A stretch of DNA of 61,728 bases, the filler included, from Choristocarpus tenellus KU-1152 (Eukaryota; Protista; Phaeophyceae), in the NCBI GenBank assembly GCA_964200185.2. It is 6 parts of 6 records of this genome, joined end to end, with 100 filler letters (N's around TTAATTAATTAA, not from the genome) between each part and the next. Parts side by side here need not be neighbours in the genome. Positions count along the whole stretch, not along the records: positions 49,578 to 61,728 come from CAXNAD020001952.1; 5 more parts are not named here. One strand, written 5' to 3'. The notes beneath the pieces are model-generated. The model did no database searches. It had not been told where the DNA came from and saw nothing but the letters and a program-made list of their open reading frames with translations. Shown in pieces: positions 52,601 through 61,728 of this stretch (positions are counted from its first letter, which is position 1; each line of letters opens with the position of its first letter). A program made the position numbers and the translations under genes.

Positions 52601-55600
52601 AAATAATGTATCGCATTCTAATCACTTGAAAAGTATTTGAAAATTAGGAGACGATTATCTTGTTAATCACCATGACAAGCGAGAGCTTTAGTAGTGCACA
52701 TTCTGCATGCCATGGAAATGTGAAGTGATTGATGAGAGTCCTCATCTACTCTGGTCTATTTTAGCAGCATGCAAGTCAGTCCGTGAGATTTTTGCATCTG
52801 GTGAGTCCCTTCATCCAGTCAGGGGGGCTTCTGCCTCACACAGGCTTCACTACACTCACCTACATGTATGCGACGATTGAACTAATGACATGAGGCGAGT
52901 TTATGGTGGATGAGTGATTATTACCACCAGCTACAAAGCTCTACTGATTTATAACTCTAGTGAATTACTTCAAAACGATCATTCTTCAACCTTGTCTGAG
53001 AAGTATGTGCTTGTTCAAGCTAGGGTTTCCCTAAATCACCATCCAACTTGGACATTTTGATGAGCACAACTTGCCATTCCTTCCCATTGTTTTAACGCAA
53101 CTCGATCCTCGTGATGCCCTACCTCATGGGAACTCTACAGCAGATTCAAGAAGCCCTTGTGTACGCAGATTGTCAGTTTAAAAGTCCATGCCACAAACTA
53201 CTCAGTTGTTCGAGTTCTGAGGGAGCAGACTCTACTGTATGTGTGCCTGCCTTCCACAGACTGTTCTTGTAATCATCCGGTCTTAGACCATTGGTTCTAG
53301 ACGTACCATTAGGAGTTTATATTTTCGCCTTTTTTTTCTTATCCTGTGGTCCTCATAATCTCTGTACCTGTTCATGACCCCACTTGATGTTAAGTAAACT
53401 TTTGTTGATAGAGCTTGCCACATCCTCTGCCAACCTTGTCAACAGATCATGATAACCCCGAGCATGTACTCAATTGTATGTCCACCTCTCAATGCAACTT
53501 TATTGCCGCTCTCCCACATCGCCACTCTAAGGTATAGCGTGCTGAGTGGTTGGAGCTGTGGGGATGGTGTTGTCAGCAATAAGAGATTTGCTCAGGTAGG
53601 GGTACGCTCTTGGAAGACGGACTGCTGCTCAGCTATACCCTGTGGCATATTGTTCTTAATCTAACACTCCCTTAGATTTGATGCTGGAAGCGAGGTACAA
53701 CTCATTGGGCGATTCCTGCCAATTTGATTGCTGTGTTGTGTTGAACATCCCAATTCACATGTACAATTTTTCAACAAATTTATGCCAACCATCTAGAGTG
53801 GTGCTTTCTTGCCTTCTTTTTTGTCTTCATTTATCGGACAGGACTGTCAACTTCCATGGACTGAGCAGGAAGATATGAGACTCACTGAAGCTGTGCAGGT
53901 ATTACGGAGGTTGTGCTTCTAGTGAAAAATGGTCTTTCTCTTAGAAGAGAATTAAGCTTTTGTGCAAGTCAACCTTAGGGATTGAAAGGACGAAAATTCT
54001 TGGATTTGCCTGCTTTACTCAGTGTTCATTTTCTCAGCTCACATTTTCTACATGTGTAGAGTGAGTTAATTTTCTCCGATAGAGCGCTTGTCAGTATAGT
54101 GATCACCTTGTGGTGGCCGCACTATTGCAAGGCCCTTGCACACAGTACCACTTGCTCGATATGCCAGTGTAGTGTTGACACCAAGCCACCTTTGAAACTC
54201 ATGTTGCATCTCCGTACCCCAGAAGTATGGTAAGAAGTGGGCAAGAATTGCACGCAACGCTCTGCCCTACCGAGGTCGTGAATCTCTTCGTATTCGGTGG
54301 CGCATCTTACAGGCAAGTTGACGCCATCTGTCTTGCACTAAAAGCCATTGACAATCTAGGTTGTGTCTAAAAAACTGTGTCAATTTGTTACTCTCTTCAC
54401 CGGTACAATTCTGTAGGAATATAACTCACACACACACACACACACACAAAGCTATCATTATACCATGGGTGTCCTGGTGTTGAAGTGAACTAACTGCAGG
54501 TGCTCTTGATTTCTTCACATTCAAACAGTAGTCTGGCCCATAGTTCAAACGTTTGTGTGAAGCATCTTGTTTCACATTCACTGCCATGTAGACTTGCAGA
54601 CTGCTTCTGTTTTTTCCATTTTCAGATAGTTTGTGCAAGAGCCTGACATTTTTCACAAAGAAGAGTTTGCCTGAGATGTCAAGTGTGTATATACAGCTAG
54701 TACGAGATGTTTGGAAGGGTTAAGTTGAATCAAACACGAGACATAGATCAGGGAAGGCAAGTCGCTTCGTTGCTTTGTGTAAATTAGGAGATAATGGGGA
54801 AATAAATATGAGTAGGAAACCACAGAAGAGGATGTACCTCTTTGGCAGATTTTCCCCAACGCAGACATTGTTCGGTTCATAATCTTGGAAAAAAAAAAAA
54901 TCTCCAAAGATAAGGAATGTCCAGTATTTCCTGACGAGGTTATGTGCTTCAAAGTGAGACCTGTTGACCTCTCTTGTAGACCATATATTGCCATCTGCAG
55001 GGCAACAGCTGCGCTCTCTACCACTGCTCTATAATTGATGAGTAGTATGTTTCATAGGACATTTTTTGTCAAGTGATTGTCCCATAAATGCTCTCTCCAT
55101 GATTGATGTTTAGAATTTATATTTTTCACAAAGAGCAAACAAATTGACAGATGGTTAGGGTGGGAGTTTGGAGGGTATAGATCACGAATTTGAAATCATT
55201 TGGTGGTAAAAAGAATGTGTTGCAGAGGTGTGGGTAGAATTAGTTGTATCCCACACAGTGAACAAGAGTTTAGTATTGAAACCTGGAGGTATGTGTCCTT
55301 TATTTAGCCTTGATTTGTAAGGCGCAGGGGGAAAGACAGAAGATGAGCTTCTCCGACAGCAACCAAGGCCTATAGGCATCCCTGAGCATCCAGTGGATAA
55401 GAATCCAGCACAACATCCTCATCCTCGTCCACCTTTTTCTTAACTGAACTCTCTTGAACAGAGTGTTCAATGTGTGAGGCACAGAGCCTACTTCACAGGT
55501 CAAAGTAAGTGCTTGAGCTCAAGCTGTTGGCTCTAGTACTCAGTGTAGAGGAAGAGAAGATGCAACAGGTGTACCAAATGGCACTCTTCTCAACGACAGG

Positions 55601-56797
55601 CAATGGTGTGGTTGGCTCCCACCTCTGTAGGTTGATCAGTGACCGTTCTAGGAGTAAGTCGCTCAGTCGGCACTCTAGTGGATTTCACTGCTCTGTCCGT
55701 CACTATACTCACCATTCATGATATCCCTCTCCAATAGAGTGTTAGTGAATCAAAGTAAATGAGAGTCGCCCACAGTTGCATTTTAAGGATGTTAACAAAT
55801 AGGTGCAAGCTTTGGGGGGGGGGTTACAAGTGCGTGTAGGATATTGTCTTCATTGTGTCAGAAAGGTTTCAATGAATGGAGAAATAAACGATCTCCAACC
55901 AAACTTAAAAACTTGTTCTAGAGAAGTATGTGTGGATTGCAAAAGATCAAAAAACAGACTTAAAATACAAAACGGCCAAAACCTGGGTACCTCTCGCTTA
56001 CTTTGGCTCAATGATCACAAAAGCACTAAGCTATCGTACATGCACGGGTATATCGTTGTAGTGCCCCTGGACAATACTAACTAAACGTCAGGTCGATAGA
56101 TCACCCTTTGAGGGATTTACTTCATTCCCGTTTTTTTAGGACATACTTTGCCCACTTGAACTCTCCCTTACCTTTACGTCAACTGGACTTCATGTGCCCA
56201 CCCACCAGCGGCCTTGAGCATTTATACATCGAGCGAAGAGCAACGGCTTGCAGGAGAATCTGAACTCATTACGGCACCCTGATGTACCAAACTTCAACAT
56301 TTGAAAAATCGTTATATGCTGAGCTCAGAAACTCTGTTGCTCACGCGACCAGGTCCAAACACCACCATATCGACAATGAGGGAGACAATGCCAACCTTAC
56401 ACTTGCATGATTAAGCTGGCATTTCATATTTCTCATTTTGCTACTTTCTTGTTCTTCTATAGTGCAATATTTATATTTTCGCAGGCATTGTGTAACTCTT
56501 CATGTTTCAATCATGGGTGTGGGACCCTTCAGGCATACGTCAATGCTTACACTAATAGTATTAGATACATACAGTAGATATTAATATTTGTGATGTTTCT
56601 TTTTAACAAGAATCGATGATGACAACCTTTTTCAGCCTGGGCAGGATTACACAGAACTGATGCACTGGACTGGATGTCTCCCATGTGCTTTGTCTGTTGG
56701 TTTTAGACATGCGCAGCCTTTTCAAAAAATGATGGTGGTGGAAAGCACCCAAGGCCTCAGTAGTGATATCTAACTACATCCTGCATCCTATCCTCAG

Positions 56798-59700
56798 GGT
56801 TCCTCTGGAGCTGGGGCACTTCACAGTGCAGCTCCTCCTGGGAAGCAAGGGCAACAAACAGTGCTAGATCCTAAGCAGTTGCCACTCCCCTTGCAAACTT
56901 TCCCATCCTTCATGGGACAAGCTATTGGAATGCATGCAATTGCAGGTCAAGACCACCAGTATGGGCAGCAAGAAAGTTTGGGATTGTCATCATTAGCAGG
57001 AAGTCAGAGTGGAAACAAAGGAGTGGAAGGCATCCGTGTCCAATCTTCTGGAGTTGATGATGGCAGTAGTTGTCAGGTGGGTGGGGGCAGGAGAATTAGG
57101 TAAGGTTGGAATGTGTTGGGAGTGGCAACAGTAAAGAGGCACCAAAATCCCATAAGAATCTCATGGGGAGGTTGTTGGGGAAGTATATTATGGCTGAGCA
57201 CAGAGCAAATGTCACCTCTATCACGAAATATGACTAAACAGCATCTGGGTAATATGCCACACACAGAGAAAGGAGTCAGTGGCTGGACTTGGAGTATGAT
57301 GCCTCCAGTTTCTATCTAGAGTATGTTACTTAAACCTGCCACCAAATTTATGTAACTAACATCTTTGATGTCCAAGTAGAGGTGTGGGGATGTCGCAGGA
57401 ACTGTGCATGGTTGCTGCTAGGATGTGCTCGCTCCCCTGGTTGATGCCCTCGCTCTTACTGGACTCCATTCACTTCTTGTTTGTTTCTCCTTAACTCATC
57501 TCTGAGTATGTCATGTATGTCTTGATCTGGTGTTGCGGTTGACTGAGCCAGAACTTGGCCTTGAGCAAGCCAGCAGAGGTGAGGATGCCATTAAATATGG
57601 GAAATTTAGGAAAGCGTGCCAATATGGGTGTAGGCATTGGCATGGCAAACATTGGCAAGGCAAATCCAATGGGATTCATGGCTGGACTGATGGGGAGCAT
57701 GGCTCCAGTTGATAGCAGGCTTCAACATCCACAACAAAAACGACCCATGTTCCCTGGGGTTCCACGTCTGAAATCAGGTCCCAGGAGAAAAAAACGTTCT
57801 TCCACAGGTACCAAGAAGGAATCACCCCCAACCCCGATGGGACCAACTCCTTCCCTAGTGCCTCCCCAAGCCCCCCTCCCTTTTCCTTTTGCACCCATGC
57901 CAAGCATTTCTAGCCCACATTCGGCATGGATGGGTGTGAGACCAACAGGATTCATGCCTGGTCCAATGGCGGCAATGTCTGCAATGTGGGGAGCAGCAGC
58001 TATGAGTGGGCTTCAGGGACTAGACGGTGGTAATTTCCCCCTTTTTCGTACACCAATACATGGGGAGGAGCAGGAACTTGCAGGAAGGGGTAATACTGTG
58101 GAAGTGTCACCTCATCATGCTTACGGTGGTTCCAGCGAAATTGTAGGTAGTAAGAACACGGAAGGAGGTCTTTCAAAAGTAAGCAAGAGCATTAGAAATA
58201 ATCAGGCGCTCCATGAACCACCTGGGGTTCATTTTATGGCCACAGGTTTGGTTGATGCAAACGAAGGAGGGTCCCCAGTGGATGATATGGAAGCTGATGT
58301 CAATGCAAATACCACCCATTCGGGATTACTGCAACAGCCCTCCGGTAATTCACAAGACCACCACGTGGTAGATACGATCTGTGGGGCGAAGTTGAGCGGC
58401 AGAGGGGCAGAGAAATGTCATAGCAGCAGTGCAAAGGCAGCTTACACAAGAGATGAAGATGCCATTGAAGGTTGTAGTTCCAGATGGAATGAGGCTGAAG
58501 GTTGTCACCCTCATCATGCTGGTGGTACTGAAGGCGAAAAAGAGGTGATGCTGGTTGGAATACATGTTTTTTTGTGACTGGGAGAAGAAATTGGTGGATT
58601 GTGTGTACCCCAAGAGGTTGAAGTGAGATCTACACTTGACGTTTTTCGAATATTGCTTTCCTATCGTGCCTGTTAAAGAGTGGATCCCCGCAGGAGCATG
58701 ATAACCTCAAACTTTCTCTAACTTATCTTTGGTGTGCCAGACATTACTTGAGATTGGCACTAGCAGCAGATTCCTTCAAATGTCTGGAGATAATTAAGAT
58801 TTCTGGAGGTGTTCCTCGTTGTGCTTGAATCACTCTGCAAGGAAACTATAGTCTGGACTATAATAAGATATTGTCTTGTGTTTCCTCAATCTTGCTAGTG
58901 ACTCATCTCCAACCATCTCTGAGCCTTTACATAAAGCCGCAGATCCAACAACCCACGAATTGCATTTTTCGATTAAAATAAATATCCAATGCCATTTCCA
59001 GGGTGAGATGGCGGTGGGAAATGGAGGCATAGATACCTCTGTCGAGCATGACCCCTGCAATTATGTCAATACAGAAGGGGAGATGGAAAGCAGGGAGTCC
59101 TGCTCGACACTTGAGAGAGAGGAGAACTTTCAGGAGGCTCCAACTGTCACCATATTGCCGGAAAGAAATGCCTTGTATAGTGCTGGGACCCAGGATAGTA
59201 CATTCGAGATTGAATCAACAATGAGGTGGGCAACTCAAGATACAGAGATGAGAAGGATAGAGTTTAGAAGTCTGATGATCAAAGGGGTGTCCGAAGTTCA
59301 AGAGAGAGATTTTTTCTTTGTTTCAAGTAAATCCCAATTTAGTAGTGTGGAAAGGAAATGTGGCATGGGAATGGCACACCAGCAAATGAGCAGCTTTGGA
59401 AACAGCAAATGCATCTGGAGATACTTGCAGTAGTACACCATACCAAATATCCTGCTACTCTAATGCACACACGCTCTCTTTTCCCTCTCGCACTGTTGTA
59501 CCTAGTTATGATGAGGATGAGCTTAGCGAGGATGAAAGTGACAGTGAGAGTTTCACTTTGAGTGTAAATACTGGCAAGGAGACTCCCAGTAGTGGTGGTA
59601 TGTGCAATGATACAGGTCACAATGGAGCAGGAGGGCAAATGCATGCAGCTGTGGTCAGATCCCCCAAACTTCCTCACCCAACAGTTGGTGAAGAGGATGG

Positions 59701-59836
59701 AGACATAGTCCCAAACCGACATGAGTGGGTTCAACAAGATGAACAATTATGCCACTACCCCAATAATGTCAGTGATTTCGAAGAAGACGAGCTCACAGAT
59801 AGCGAAGGTGACGAGGTGGGGGGAAATTTTCCATGA
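56798..59836 (+). CDS. Hypothetical low-complexity (Gly/Pro/Met-rich, then acidic) protein, partial. Exons ~56798-57076, 57552-58544, 59002-onward
   Basis: Three ORFs join through phase-0 GT-AG junctions, and there is a basic NLS-like PRRKKR. The last exon changes frame near 59.4 kb. No domain recognised and the 5' end was not found. Confidence 0.55.
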
Positions 59837-60594
59837 AGAGATGAAGCCCACACAGTCCTATCACAGGATGAAGGTGCTTTTACCTACTGGTACCTGGAAA
59901 GAGGAGAGGTGTAGAGAAGTTGAAAGTGTCTGTAGACAGGTTGAGTGCTAGACTTCTATTCATAAACATCTGGTTTCAATTATCCAATTCTATGTGGCAA
60001 GCACTGTGGATTGCACACCTGTACTATCCTATCTTGTCACAATATCACAAGAAACGCCACACCAGGATGGAGGAGACAGTGTTGACATAGCCCCAGACCT
60101 AAGTCAACAATATTATTATCATAGGTAACATGATTTAAACTAAAGTCAAAGTACAAATTTCAAATATGGAATAGACTGCTTGGAAGAATGTCTAAAAATT
60201 GGCGACTCATTCTTTCGTTAACCTATTTAGTTCTGTCATGAGTTGGTTACTAGTGGACATATCACACAATATGAAATAGGTGAAGTATTCGCAGAGAGGG
60301 GCTTCAGCTGATTCAAAGTAGAAGCACACCGCAAACATCTAATCATAGCACAATATTCCCACGTCTCCAACACTACGATTGATGCTCAGTACGGCATAGT
60401 TGTGTGCTTTGTAAGGGTGCCCTTCAAGAACCGAGATGTAGAACCATCTTGAAAAAGTGCAATCATATATTTTTCCAGCATGAGTCAATACCAAACCTAA
60501 CACATAAGAGGATACCTTCAACAGGTACCTACACTGTACTTTGGAAGCAAAAACGATCATTTCTTTGTGTAGAAAATTCAGCAAAGACTCCTAC

Positions 60595-60678
60595 CTGCAG
60601 GTATGACATATTGGGCTTGGCCTCGAACCTGAGTGACCTACAATACACCAAGTACTCTGCAAACTGCTGAGGAAGGCC
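60595..60678 (-). CDS. Casein kinase 1-like exon (kinase subdomain XI)
   Basis: CAG|GLPQQFAEYLVYCRSLRFEAKPNMSYLQ|GTAGGA matches CK1 P.EF..YL.YCR.LRF...P.Y.YL. It is 84 bp, phase 0-0. No other CK1 exon was recognised in the window. Confidence 0.75.
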
Positions 60679-61728
60679 CTGTTGTCCACAAGGGATATTG
60701 TTCGGGAGAACAGCTTTAAACTTGGGAACTTTGCAAGGATCATGCGGTTCCTGATAGGGTTGAGTACTCAAAGGCACAATGTTTGCAGCAATATTTTTGT
60801 GACTTCCAACCATTGTCAGAGAAGTGAATTACGTACTCTGAAGGTTATGTCACACAAATGTAAATGCATCTCCTGTATTTTCAAATCAATCAGCCCTATT
60901 CCTTATCCGCAGTTTCTGCAGAAGCATCAAGGTGCTTGTCTGTAGTGAGGGGGAGAGCACTTTCACAGAGTAACGGAAGGAGAAAAAAAAAACTCTTGTG
61001 GTAGGAAGTGTTTTTTTCTTCAGCGAGAAAGTGTTCCTCGCACCTCTTGTTCGTGACGTCATCACCTTCATTAGAGTTTCATTCCACAAAGAAACGTAAC
61101 ATATATCTGCTGAAAAATCTTCTGGTGTCATCAGATGGGAGACTTAGACCAAATGTAAGGAGGTACTTTACTGTTTTCAACCATGATGGTGCCATGGTTT
61201 GTGTTTCCCACTGCAGCACTAAGAAGGAGGTATACACGGAGGGGTAAAGTTCAAATGATATGTTGCTGTTAGTCAATAGTCGTATCATTGATGAAACCAT
61301 AGTTTAAGTGCCATCACCACAAGAAGCACGAAGGATGATATATACAAGTTCTCATATTGGCAAATAATGTAGAGGGTTAGAATTATCTGTAGCAGCTCGA
61401 AAACAGGTATGTAGAAGCACTTGGGGAATCACTGGAGAGAGATTGTACTCAACCCCCTCCTGCCTTTACAAGATTAGTCCATGCACCTGAGAGTATCAAA
61501 GAAGTATGTTCGCAAGGTGGCATTGATAAGAATATTCGTTTTCAACACAAACCAGGACCCACATTTGCTACCACTGCATAGGTAAGCGAGCTCTGTGGCG
61601 ATCTGTGCAAAGAGGAACAAGACAGTATTGTTACAGGCGCCCCAGAAAGCTTACCTCCACAGGATGTATAGCTCCAATCCACGGTCTTATAGATGATAAT
61701 GATGTAGGTATAGGACTCCTGATGCACA

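Noticed and set aside
49650-56000. Endogenous viral or Helitron relic, or an extra gene
   Set aside because: Only short ORFs with no motif I can recognise; a translated search is needed.

Overview
Eukaryotic, intron-rich, TE-rich nuclear DNA. By inference from PPR style, TTAGGG tracts and TE families, it is probably a photosynthetic stramenopile (brown alga or close relative). The window is six contigs joined by artificial N44-TTAATTAATTAA-N44 linkers, so adjacency across the linkers is not proven. Host genes: an intronless P-class PPR gene with 19 exact 35-aa repeats (308-2713 +); a complete 17-exon MCM3 gene (13537-26632 +, 819 aa by manual splicing, two probable GC-AG introns); the 3' part of a convergent NPC1/Patched-family gene (-); one exon of a bacterial-type alpha/beta-hydrolase-like gene; a low-complexity multi-exon hypothetical gene (56.8-59.8 kb +); and one casein kinase 1-like exon (-). 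The rest is decayed Copia, Gypsy, LINE and mariner elements, a solo LTR with a perfect TSD, five copies of a ~258-bp fold-back MITE, and many intronic mini/microsatellites. I found no clear novel multi-gene system. The best leads are a CpG-island versus CpG-depleted gene-body pattern, the GC-AG introns, the PPR-code target, the fold-back MITE family and a covarying hairpin array in a Copia 3' region. Region ~49.6-56 kb could not be annotated.
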